Positions 6,727 to 15,421 of a DNA stretch of 29,101 nucleotides are shown here, one piece after another. How positions within the stretch are numbered: position 1 is the first letter of the stretch; every line of letters begins with the position of its first letter. The stretch comes from Crenalkalicoccus sp. Its GTDB lineage: Bacteria > Pseudomonadota > Alphaproteobacteria > Acetobacterales > Acetobacteraceae. Where the stretch lies: positions 1 through 29,101 of the forward strand of contig DASQVL010000712.1 of the NCBI GenBank assembly GCA_035640795.1, given 5' to 3'. The notes beneath the pieces were generated by a model. The model saw only the letters and a program-made list of their open reading frames with translations. It did not search any database and had not been told where the DNA came from. Made by a program: the position numbers and the translations under genes.

Positions 6727-8072
6727 ATCCACAGCCCGGGTTCAAGCTGGTCGAGCGTCCCGCCGGCGCCACGCTGTTCCGGCGCCGCGGACAGGCGATC
6801 GACGCGGCGGCCTTGCTCGCGGACGCGCGGGTTATGGCGGGGACCCTTCCGGCAAGCCGCTATCTGCTGAACCTGTGCCGTGACCGGTACGCCTTCACGG
6901 TCGGCTTCATCGCCGCAGTCAGAAGCGATCGCGTCTGCCTGTCGAGCGGCGATCGTTCGCCGGCCGGTCTCGCCGCCCTCGCCGCCGAGTTTCCGGACTG
7001 CGTCGCCGTCGTCGACGATGACGGGCAGGAGGTACCCCCCGGCATGGCCTCCCGCCGCGCGACCCCCGAAGGTGTCGCGGCCGCGGCGCCGGGCGACAAT
7101 ATCCGCGTGCCCGCGGACCACGTGGCGGCGATCGTCTTCACCTCCGGCAGCACCGGGCGCCCGGTCGGCCATCCCAAGCGGTGGGGAGCCCTGGTTCAGC
7201 GCAGCATCGCGGCAGGACAGCAATTCGCACTGACGGAGCAGGCTCCGCCGACGATCATCGGAACCGTGCCGCCACAGCACATGTACGGGTTCGAGACCAC
7301 GGTCCTGCTGCCGCTGCACGCCCCGGCGTCCAGTTGGTGCGGGCCTGCCTTCTTCCCGGACGACGTGCAATTGGCCTGCGCATCGGTCCCGCCATCCCCC
7401 TTCGTGGTCACCACCCCGTTGCAGATCCGGGCGCTGCTCGCCGTCGATGCCGACCTGCCAGGCCTCGGCGCCATCATCTCCGCCACCGCGCCACTCGACA
7501 CCTCGCTTGCCACCGCGGCCGAGGAGCGCTGGAAGACGCGCGTCCTGGAGATCTTCGGCGCCACGGAGGTCGGCTCGATCGCCAGCCGCCGTACGCTGGA
7601 TGGCGAAGCCTGGTCCCTCTATCCGGGCGTCACTCTCCATGCCGAGGCCGATAGGGTGACCGCGCTGCTGCCCCTGACGGCGCCGCATCCGCTGGATGAC
7701 GAGGTCGAGTTGCTCGGCGACCGGCGCTTCCGGCTCATCGGCCGGCGTACGGATATCGTAAAGCTCGGCGGCCGCCGCGCCTCCATTGCCGGCCTGAATC
7801 GGATCCTGCTGGACATCGACGGCGTCGAGGACGGCACCTTCATTCTGCCGGAAGGCGAGACCGGCGCCACGACGGAGCGGTTGATGGCGGTCGTCGTGGC
7901 GCCGGGGCGCGATGCCGACAGCATCATCGGCGAATTGCGCAGGCGACTCGACCCTCTCTTCGTGCCGCGCCGCATCGTCCGGGTCGACAGCATGCATCGC
8001 AATGACGTCGGCAAGCTTTCGCATGAGCGGGTGCTGGAGATGCTGCGGGCGGTATCAGGCGACACCGCATGA
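6723..8072 (+). CDS. Acyl/aryl-AMP ligase (XanA2/ApeH-like starter-unit:ACP ligase), about 449 aa
   Basis: FTSGSTGRPVGHPK P-loop, GTVPPQHMYGFE, IFGATEVG, GRRTDIVKLGGRR, GKL. TTG start inferred from the TTGA overlap with the ACP stop. Confidence 0.88.
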   Translation: MNPQPGFKLVERPAGATLFRRRGQAIDAAALLADARVMAGTLPASRYLLNLCRDRYAFTVGFIAAVRSDRVCLSSGDRSPAGLAALAAEFPDCVAVVDDDGQEVPPGMASRRATPEGVAAAAPGDNIRVPADHVAAIVFTSGSTGRPVGHPKRWGALVQRSIAAGQQFALTEQAPPTIIGTVPPQHMYGFETTVLLPLHAPASSWCGPAFFPDDVQLACASVPPSPFVVTTPLQIRALLAVDADLPGLGAIISATAPLDTSLATAAEERWKTRVLEIFGATEVGSIASRRTLDGEAWSLYPGVTLHAEADRVTALLPLTAPHPLDDEVELLGDRRFRLIGRRTDIVKLGGRRASIAGLNRILLDIDGVEDGTFILPEGETGATTERLMAVVVAPGRDADSIIGELRRRLDPLFVPRRIVRVDSMHRNDVGKLSHERVLEMLRAVSGDTA

Positions 8073-8389
8073 TGCAGCCGCTCGGCGCGTTCAGCGTCCC
8101 GGCGGATCATCCCTGCCTGCCGGGCCATTTTCCGGGATCGCCGATCGTGCCCGGCGTGCTGTTGCTGGATGAAATCGCCGGCCTGGTGCTGCGGCACCAT
8201 CCCGGCTTCCGCTTCGCGGCCGTCGCGCAGACGCGCTTCCTGCTACCCGTGCTGCCGGACCAGGTCGTGCACGTGGCCGCTGCGCCGTCGTCCACCGCGA
8301 TGGGAACGATGCTGCGCGTTGCCTTCTCCGGCGAGGTCGCCGGCACCCTTGTCGTGAAGGGCAGCCTGGATCTCAGGGCCGCCGCCTGA
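8069..8389 (+). CDS. FabA/FabZ-type hotdog dehydratase (ApeI-like), 106 aa
   Basis: HPCLPGHFPGSPIVPGVLLL motif; ATGA overlap. Confidence 0.88.
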   Translation: MMQPLGAFSVPADHPCLPGHFPGSPIVPGVLLLDEIAGLVLRHHPGFRFAAVAQTRFLLPVLPDQVVHVAAAPSSTAMGTMLRVAFSGEVAGTLVVKGSLDLRAAA

Positions 8390-9291
8390 TGTCCGCGCAC
8401 TGGGCCACGCGGGTCGAGGGCGGCAGCCTCCGTGCGTTGCGGCTCCTGCTTCGGCTCGTCCTGCTGCTCGGCCCGCGCCTCAGCGCGATGCTGTTGCTGC
8501 CGCCCGTCACGGCCTGGTACCTGGCCAGTTCCGCGGACGCGCGCGCCGCCTCCCGGGATTTCCTGAGCCGCGTCCGGGGGCGGCCGGCAGGCCTCGCCGG
8601 CGTGGCGCGCCATCTGCATGCATTCGCCAGCGCAATCCTCGACCGTGTCTTCTTCCTCGCGCGCCGGACGCGGTCCTTCGACATCCGGGTCGAGGGCCTG
8701 GATCACGTCGAGCGGATCCTGGAGCGCGGTGCGGGCTGCATCATGCTCGGCGCCCATCTCGGCAGCTTCGAAGTCCTGCGAAGCCTCGGCCGGCAGGCGC
8801 CGGTCACGGTGCATCCGGTGATGTACCGCCGCAACTCCGGCGCGCTGACCGCGGTGCTCGACACCCTTGCGCCGGACCTCAGCGCCAACATCATCGAGAT
8901 CGGCGAGACCGACAGCATGCTGAAGGCCAAGGAAGCGCTGGAGCGGGGTGAGATCGTCGGACTCCTGGCCGACCGCTCCCCGCAGGGCGAAAGGACGATC
9001 CCCGTGCCGTTCCTCGGCAGCCCGGCGCCGTTTCCCGTCGGCCCCTTCATCCTGGCCGCTGCCCTGGGCGCACCGGTGGTCCTGTTCTTCGGACTGCGCA
9101 CCGGCGCCCGGCGCTATACGATCCGCTTCGAAGCCTTCCAGGACAGGATCGTCCTGCGCCGTGCCACGCGCGAGGCGGATCTGGCGACCATCATCGCGAC
9201 CTATGCCAGCCGTGTTGAAGACATATGCCGCGCGCACCCGTATGACTGGTTCAACTTCTTTCCCTTCTGGGAGATCGGCGGCAATGCCTGA
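8389..9291 (+). CDS. LpxL/HtrB-family acyltransferase, 300 aa
   Basis: HW...EGG start, AHLGSFE (HxxxxE/D), GLLADR, VPFLG.PA.FP.GP, PYDWFNFFPFW. Confidence 0.9.
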   Translation: MSAHWATRVEGGSLRALRLLLRLVLLLGPRLSAMLLLPPVTAWYLASSADARAASRDFLSRVRGRPAGLAGVARHLHAFASAILDRVFFLARRTRSFDIRVEGLDHVERILERGAGCIMLGAHLGSFEVLRSLGRQAPVTVHPVMYRRNSGALTAVLDTLAPDLSANIIEIGETDSMLKAKEALERGEIVGLLADRSPQGERTIPVPFLGSPAPFPVGPFILAAALGAPVVLFFGLRTGARRYTIRFEAFQDRIVLRRATREADLATIIATYASRVEDICRAHPYDWFNFFPFWEIGGNA

Positions 9292-9889
9292 CTGTCCGGG
9301 CCGCCGGAGCCTGCTGGTCCTCATGGGGTGCGTCGCCGCGCCTTCGGTGCTGCCACCGCGCGCGGCGGCGGTCGCCAGCGACGTCCTGGACATCGCGGCG
9401 CTGATGCAGGCGATGGCGGCCGTGCCCGAACGCCACCAGCGCTTCCGCGAGGAGCGCCGGTTCACGGCCCTGAGCTTCCCGCTCATCCTGACGGGCACAC
9501 TGCATTACTGGCGGCCCAGTCGCTTCGAGAAGCGCACCGAGACGCCTGAGCGCGAATTGCTGAAGGTCGATGGCGACAGGATCGAACTGACGGTCGGCAA
9601 CGAGCCGACGCAGCACATCGATCTCGGCCGCTCGCCGGAAATGCAGGCTTTGGTGAACGCCTTCCGGGCGCCGCTCAGCGGGGACCTGGCGACGCTGCAG
9701 CGATATTTTCGCATGGAGGGCAGCGGCAGCCCTGAACGATGGCTGCTGAAGCTCCAGCCGCTCGAGCCCCGCGCCGCGCGGCTGCTGCGGGAAGTGCGCC
9801 TGGGCGGCGTTGCCGCCGAGGTGCGGAGCACGGTGTGGGTACAGGGCAACGGGGACGAGTACGCCATGCAGACCGAGCCCCTGCCTTGA
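9284..9889 (+). CDS. LolA-like periplasmic carrier protein, 201 aa
   Basis: N-terminal RRSLL signal-like segment; F.EERRF.AL..PL...G.L.Y.RP..FEK.TETP and W.LKLQP pattern of the LolA-like genes of aryl-polyene clusters. Confidence 0.8.
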   Translation: MPDCPGRRSLLVLMGCVAAPSVLPPRAAAVASDVLDIAALMQAMAAVPERHQRFREERRFTALSFPLILTGTLHYWRPSRFEKRTETPERELLKVDGDRIELTVGNEPTQHIDLGRSPEMQALVNAFRAPLSGDLATLQRYFRMEGSGSPERWLLKLQPLEPRAARLLREVRLGGVAAEVRSTVWVQGNGDEYAMQTEPLP

Positions 9890-12225
9890 GGCCGGGCTTG
9901 CGACGCCGGGCCTGGCCCGTCCTGCTGGCGCTCACGCTGTCGGTCGTCGCGCTCCTGGCCGTTCTGCTGCTGATGGTTCGCGTCCGGGCTGACATGGCCG
10001 ACTTCCTGCCCCGTGGCGAGACGCCGGAAGCGCGGCTCCTGCTGCGGGAAGCCGGCATCGGCGCGGCCACCGGGATCATGCTCGTGGGCATCGATGGCGC
10101 GCCCCCTGCGGAGCTCGCGCGGATCAGCCGAAGCATGGCCGCTGATCTGTCCGGGAACCCCCTCTTCGCGATGGTGCTGGCCGGCGACGCGACCCTGCCG
10201 GATGCCGCGGCCATGGAGCGGTTGTTCGCGCGTCGCTATCTGCTCTCGGGGGCGGAGGCGGACACCCTGTTCTCCGAGGAGGCCTTGCGCAGCGGGCTGC
10301 GCGGCCTGCTGCGGCAATTGGGATCCTCCACGGCCTCGCTCGCTGCGGAGCTCGGGCTCGCCGACCCGACCGGCGCCTTCATGGGCATGCTGCGCGGCTG
10401 GGTGGGCGCCAGCCCGGTGCGGAGCGTGGATGGTGCGTGGCTCGCGGCCGAGCGCGACCGCGCGCTGCTGATCGCCCGCACCCGCGCGGGCGGGATGGAC
10501 ATTCCCGCGCAGCAGGCGGCGCTGGAGGCGCTCAGGGCCGCCTTCGCCGCCGCCGCGCCCGGCCCGGCTCGGCTGATCGTGACGGGACCGGCCGTCTTCG
10601 CGCAGGATGCGGCGCAGGCCATCCAGCGCGACGTGGAGCGGATCTCGCTCCTCTCCATCCTCCTGGTCGCACTTCTGCTCTGGTGGCGCTTCCGCTCCCT
10701 CCTGGTCATCGCCGCCGTGGCCGTGCCGGTCGTGCTGAGCATCGCCGTCGCCGCGCTGGTCGTGCAACTCGCCTATGGCGTCGTGCACGGCGTTGCACTC
10801 GGCTTCGGCATCACCATGCTCGGCGTCTCGATGGATTACCCCGTGCTGATGATCGGCCACCGCAAGGCGGGCGAGGCCGCGACGGCCACGCGAACGCGCA
10901 TCGGCCCTGCCTTCATCCTGGCGGTCGGCACGGCGACGCTGGGCCTCTCTGCCATGGTCTTCTCCGGCTTTCCCGGCATGGCGCAGCTCGGCGTCTTCTC
11001 CGCTATCGGCCTCGTCTCGGCCGCGCTGGCGACCTGGTGGATCCTGCCGCGCATCGTGATTGCGGCGGAACTGGCGCCGGTGGCCGCCGGCGATGCGCGC
11101 TGGCTCGCGCCGCTCGAAGGGCTGCGGCGCTGGCGCATGCTCGGCCTGCTGCCACTGCTTGCCGCCATCGCCTATCTAGGCATCCGCGGCGGGCCGGACT
11201 GGGAGGGCGACCTGCAGAAGCTCAGCCCCGTGCCGGCCAGGTCGCGGGCGCTCGAGGCGGAACTGCGCGCCGAACTGGGCGCGGGCCAGGACAGCAGGCT
11301 GATCCTGGTGCGGGGGGACATCCAGGCCGTGCTGCGCCGCCAGGAAGCGCTGCTTCCGCTGCTCACCGAATTGCAGGCGCAAGGCGCGCTCCGCGACGCC
11401 GAGATGGCGGCGAGGCTAATCCCCAGCGCGGCGCTCCAGCAGGCCCGGCAGGCGAACCTCCCGGACCGGGCGACCCTGCTCCACCGCCTGGCGGGCGCCG
11501 CGTCCGGCCTGCCGTTCCGTCCCGAGGCCTTCACACCATTCCTCGACGCCGTCGATCGCAGCCGCGACATGCCTCCCCTGCTGCCCGCCGACCTGGCCGG
11601 CACGCCGATCGGCCTGCGGCTCGCGCCGTTGCTGATGGAGCGGGATGGCGAATGGGTGGGGCCGGTCGTGCTGAATGGCGTGCGCGATCCGGCGGCCATC
11701 CGCGCGGCGGTCGCGGGGCAGGCGGGGGTCGTCTATACCGACGTCTCGGTGGAACTGGGCACGATCCTGAGCGGCTACATGCGGCAGGCGTGGCAATGGC
11801 TGGGCTGGAGCGGGCTGCTCGTCCTGGTCGTGCTGCTGGTCGGCACGCGGGACGTGGTGCGGGTCCTGCGCGTGCTCGGATCGGTGGGGGCCGCGATGCT
11901 CGTGGCCGTGGCGGTGCTCACGCTCAGCGGCGCGCAGCTTTCTCTCGTGCATCTCATCGCGCTGCAGCTTGTTGCCGGGGTGGGCCTTGACTACGCCCTG
12001 TTCTTTTCGCGCAAGTTGCTGGATGCCGAGGAGCGGCTGCGCACCCTGCGGACGCTGGTCACGTGCAACGCCATGACATTGCTGACATTCGGTCTGCTGG
12101 TGTTCTGCGAGACGCCGCTGCTGCATGATATGGGGTGGACCGTGGCGGTCGGGTCCGTGCTGGCCATGGGATTCAGCTTCCTGTTCTCCGGCGAGGCTCC
12201 GCGACCGGACGCGGCGAGAGGTTGA
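9886..12225 (+). CDS. MMPL/RND-family exporter, about 779 aa
   Basis: Two hydrophobic helix bundles with G.S.DY and GVGLDYALF motifs. TTG start inferred from the TTGA overlap. Confidence 0.88.
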   Translation: MRPGLRRRAWPVLLALTLSVVALLAVLLLMVRVRADMADFLPRGETPEARLLLREAGIGAATGIMLVGIDGAPPAELARISRSMAADLSGNPLFAMVLAGDATLPDAAAMERLFARRYLLSGAEADTLFSEEALRSGLRGLLRQLGSSTASLAAELGLADPTGAFMGMLRGWVGASPVRSVDGAWLAAERDRALLIARTRAGGMDIPAQQAALEALRAAFAAAAPGPARLIVTGPAVFAQDAAQAIQRDVERISLLSILLVALLLWWRFRSLLVIAAVAVPVVLSIAVAALVVQLAYGVVHGVALGFGITMLGVSMDYPVLMIGHRKAGEAATATRTRIGPAFILAVGTATLGLSAMVFSGFPGMAQLGVFSAIGLVSAALATWWILPRIVIAAELAPVAAGDARWLAPLEGLRRWRMLGLLPLLAAIAYLGIRGGPDWEGDLQKLSPVPARSRALEAELRAELGAGQDSRLILVRGDIQAVLRRQEALLPLLTELQAQGALRDAEMAARLIPSAALQQARQANLPDRATLLHRLAGAASGLPFRPEAFTPFLDAVDRSRDMPPLLPADLAGTPIGLRLAPLLMERDGEWVGPVVLNGVRDPAAIRAAVAGQAGVVYTDVSVELGTILSGYMRQAWQWLGWSGLLVLVVLLVGTRDVVRVLRVLGSVGAAMLVAVAVLTLSGAQLSLVHLIALQLVAGVGLDYALFFSRKLLDAEERLRTLRTLVTCNAMTLLTFGLLVFCETPLLHDMGWTVAVGSVLAMGFSFLFSGEAPRPDAARG

Positions 12226-13442
12226 CGCCAGTGACGCACAGGATGGCGCCCCTTGTGGTTACCGCCGGCACCGCGGTCAGCGCGCTTGGCCGGGGCGTGG
12301 ACGCGCACCTCCAGGCCTTGAGTGAGCAGCGCGGCGGCCTGCGGCCCAACGACTTCGAACCCGCTGTCGGGGGCTGGATCGGCCGGGTCGATGGGGTCGA
12401 GGACCACCGCCTGCCCGATCACCTCGCCGCCTATGACTGCCGCAACAATCGCCTCGCCGCGATCGCCCTCGCCGTGGACGGCTTCGCGGAGGCCATCGCC
12501 GCGGCCCGCGCCACCTACGGCGCGGGGCGGATCGCTGTCGTCCTCGGCACCAGCACCTCGGGCATCACGGCCGCCGAGGAGGCCTATCGTCAGCGCGACG
12601 CGGGTGGTGACCTTCCGGCCTCCTTCGACCTGGAGCATACGCAGGACCTCGGTTCGCTCACGCGCTTCGTCCGAACGGCGCTCGGTCTGCGGGGGCCCGC
12701 ATTCACGGTCTCCACAGCCTGCGCCTCCTCGGCCCGGACCTTCATCGACGCCGCGAATCTCATCCGGGCGGGCCTGTGCGACGCGGCCGTGGTGGGGGGC
12801 GCCGACAGCCTGTGCCGGCTGACACTGCACGGCTTCGCGGCGCTCGACCTGATTTCGGCGGAGGCCTGCCGGCCCTGCGATGCCGCACGGACCGGGATCT
12901 CCATCGGTGAAGCCGCGGGCTTCGCGCTGCTGGAGCGTGCCGAGGCCGCGCCGCGTGGCGACGCCCCGGATCGGCGCTTCGCCTTGCTGGGCGCCGGCGC
13001 CAGCAGCGACGGGCATCACATGTCGTCGCCGCACCCCGAAGGCGCGGGCGCCATCGCGGCGATGCGCGGCGCCCTTGCCAGCGCGGTCATGGACCCTGGC
13101 GAGGTCGATTGGGTGCACCTGCACGGCACCGGCACGCCGGCGAACGACGCGATGGAGGATCTCGCCGTCGCCGCCGTGTGCGGGACGGAGACGCCCTGCA
13201 GTTCCACGAAAGGCTACACCGGGCATACGCTCGGCGCGTGCGGGATCCTGGAGACGCTGATGGCCGGTGCCTGCTTCGCCCACGGCATCATCCCGGGCTG
13301 CCTCGGCGTGACGCAACTCGATCCCGGTTTCCGCTCCCGCGTGCTGACGGCGCCGCTGCATCGAACGCCGCGGACCATCCTGAGCAACGCATTCGGCTTC
13401 GGCGGCACGAATTGCAGCCTGCTGCTGGGCGGCGTCGCATGA
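12222..13442 (+). CDS. Beta-ketoacyl-ACP synthase (KS); start TTG 12222 or ATG 12243
   Basis: GTSTSG, STAC*ASS catalytic Cys, HGTGT and STKGYTGHTLGA His residues, SNAFGFGGTN end. Confidence 0.93.
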   Translation: MTPVTHRMAPLVVTAGTAVSALGRGVDAHLQALSEQRGGLRPNDFEPAVGGWIGRVDGVEDHRLPDHLAAYDCRNNRLAAIALAVDGFAEAIAAARATYGAGRIAVVLGTSTSGITAAEEAYRQRDAGGDLPASFDLEHTQDLGSLTRFVRTALGLRGPAFTVSTACASSARTFIDAANLIRAGLCDAAVVGGADSLCRLTLHGFAALDLISAEACRPCDAARTGISIGEAAGFALLERAEAAPRGDAPDRRFALLGAGASSDGHHMSSPHPEGAGAIAAMRGALASAVMDPGEVDWVHLHGTGTPANDAMEDLAVAAVCGTETPCSSTKGYTGHTLGACGILETLMAGACFAHGIIPGCLGVTQLDPGFRSRVLTAPLHRTPRTILSNAFGFGGTNCSLLLGGVA

Positions 13443-14251
13443 CAGCGCTCGAGGCATGGGTCATCGGCGTGTCCATTTGGGGGCCGGGGCTGGAAGGCTG
13501 GGAGCGCAGCCGCCCCGTGCTGGCCGGGGCGGAGCCGTACGCATGCCGGGAGTCGGCGCCGCCCGCCGCGATGGCGCTTCCCGCGGCCGAGCGGCGGCGC
13601 TGCGGCCCCGTTGTGCGCCTGGCCATGACGGTCGCCGGGGACGCCGCCGCGAGTTCCGGGTTGGATCCGGGCGTGCTGCGAAGCGTCTTCGCGAGCAGCA
13701 ACGGCGACGGGACCGTGGTCGGCAGCATCCTCGAGACCCTGGCCGCTGCCGGGCCGGAGGAGCGACCGGTGTCGCCGACCCAGTTCCACAATTCAGTCCA
13801 CAACGCGCCGGCCGGCTACTGGTCGATCGCCCATGCCAATGCGCAGCCTTCGGTCTGCATCGGGCTGTACGACGACACCTTTCCGGCAGCGCTGGTCACG
13901 GCCATTGCGGAGGTCGTCAACGACGGCGTCCCAGTCCTGATGTGCGCCTACGACTACCCCATGCCGCTGCCCCTGGGTCGGAAGCGGCCCACCCTGGCGC
14001 CGTTCGGCCTCGGCCTCGTCCTTGCGCCGCGCCAGGACGGGCGGGGGATGGCGACGCTGTCGCTGCGCTATGACCCTGACCAGGATAGCGCTCCACCCCT
14101 GCCGCAGACCGAGGCGCTGCGCGGCCTCGCCGCGGGCAATGCGGCGGCGCGCGGCCTCGGGCTGCTCGAGGCGCTGGCACGAGGCGGCACGGAATTGCAA
14201 CGTCTCCCCTATCTCGATGGATCGCTCGCAGTGCACGTCCGCCATGCTTGA
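13439..14251 (+). CDS. Ketosynthase chain-length factor (catalytically inactive KS partner), 270 aa
   Basis: PAAERRR, VFASSNGD, SPTQFHNSVHNAPAGYWSI; no catalytic Cys motif; ATGA overlap. Confidence 0.88.
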   Translation: MTALEAWVIGVSIWGPGLEGWERSRPVLAGAEPYACRESAPPAAMALPAAERRRCGPVVRLAMTVAGDAAASSGLDPGVLRSVFASSNGDGTVVGSILETLAAAGPEERPVSPTQFHNSVHNAPAGYWSIAHANAQPSVCIGLYDDTFPAALVTAIAEVVNDGVPVLMCAYDYPMPLPLGRKRPTLAPFGLGLVLAPRQDGRGMATLSLRYDPDQDSAPPLPQTEALRGLAAGNAAARGLGLLEALARGGTELQRLPYLDGSLAVHVRHA

Positions 14252-14678
14252 TCCTGGCCAGATCGCCGGCCTGCTGCCGCATGCGGGTTCCATGATCCTG
14301 CTCGACGCGATCGAAGGCTGGGACGCGAAGGAGATTCGCTGCCGCACGGAAAGCCACCTGCGGGCGGACAACCCGCTGCGCAGGGACGGCCGCCTCGCGG
14401 CCATTGTGGGCGTCGAATACGGCATGCAGGCAGCGGCGGCGCATGGGGCGCTCACCGCCGGCGATGCGAAGCCGGCAGCTGGCCTGCTTGTCGGCCTGCG
14501 CGGCGTCGCCCTGTCGGAGGAGCGGCTGGACGATGCCGCCTTCGGCTGCCTGCGTATCACGGCCACCCTGGAACATGCCGAAGAGCATGGAGCGGTCTAT
14601 GGCTTCACGATCGCCGCGGATGACGGGCGCCTCCTTGTGAGCGGCCGTGGCACGATCGCGCGGGTCGGCGCCCCCTGA
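14244..14678 (+). CDS. Second hotdog-fold dehydratase (ApeP-like), 144 aa
   Basis: LLPHAGSMILLD, NPL...G.L, EYGMQAAAAHG motifs. Confidence 0.87.
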   Translation: MLDPGQIAGLLPHAGSMILLDAIEGWDAKEIRCRTESHLRADNPLRRDGRLAAIVGVEYGMQAAAAHGALTAGDAKPAAGLLVGLRGVALSEERLDDAAFGCLRITATLEHAEEHGAVYGFTIAADDGRLLVSGRGTIARVGAP

Positions 14679-15394
14679 AGCGGGCCCTCGTCACCGGCGG
14701 CGCGAGCCCGCTCGGCGCGGCGATCTGCCGGAGGCTTTCCGCGGCCGGGCTGCATGTCATCGTGCATGCGCATGCCAGCCTGGCCCGCGCCCATGAGGTG
14801 GTGGAGGAGCTTCAGGCGCAGGGCGGCAGCGCGGAAGCGATCGCCGCCGATCTCAGGGACATGACGGCGACACGTGAGGCGATGGAGGCCCTGATCGGCG
14901 CGGGGGTTCCCCAGGTCGTCGTCCACAACGCCGGCACGCATGACGATGTGCCGATGGCGGGCATGTCCGAGACGCAATGGCGCAACGTCATCGACGTGTC
15001 GCTGGGCGGCTTCTTCGCCACCGTGCAGCCCCTGCTGCTGCCGATGATGCGCACGCGCTGGGGCAGGATCATCGCGGTCTCTTCGGTTACGGCGCTGCTC
15101 GGCAATCGCGGCCAGGCAAATTACGGGGCCGCCAAGGCGGGACTGATCGGCGCGGTGAAATCGCTGGCGCGCGAGGTCGCAAGCCGGGGCGTCACGGTGA
15201 ACGCGGTCGCGCCTGGCATTATCGCGTCCCCGGCCGTGGACGCGGCCATGGATGCGAAGCAGATCGCCGAGATCGTCCCCATGCGGCGCGCCGGCGAGCC
15301 GGCGGAGGTCGCGGATCTCATCGCGTTCCTCGCGTCGCCGGAGGCTGCCTACATCACGGCCCAGGTCATCTCCATCAATGGCGGGATGGCCTGA
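14675..15394 (+). CDS. fabG: 3-oxoacyl-ACP reductase (SDR), 239 aa, apparent CTG start
   Basis: KRALVTGGASPLG Rossmann motif lies upstream of the track ORF start; also VHNAG, VSS, NYGAAK, VNAVAPG, INGG. In-frame TGA at 14621 with no ATG/GTG/TTG before CTG 14675. Confidence 0.9.
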   Translation: MKRALVTGGASPLGAAICRRLSAAGLHVIVHAHASLARAHEVVEELQAQGGSAEAIAADLRDMTATREAMEALIGAGVPQVVVHNAGTHDDVPMAGMSETQWRNVIDVSLGGFFATVQPLLLPMMRTRWGRIIAVSSVTALLGNRGQANYGAAKAGLIGAVKSLAREVASRGVTVNAVAPGIIASPAVDAAMDAKQIAEIVPMRRAGEPAEVADLIAFLASPEAAYITAQVISINGGMA

Positions 15395-15421
15395 CCCCTG
15401 CAGCAGGAGTTGAGGACCCGC

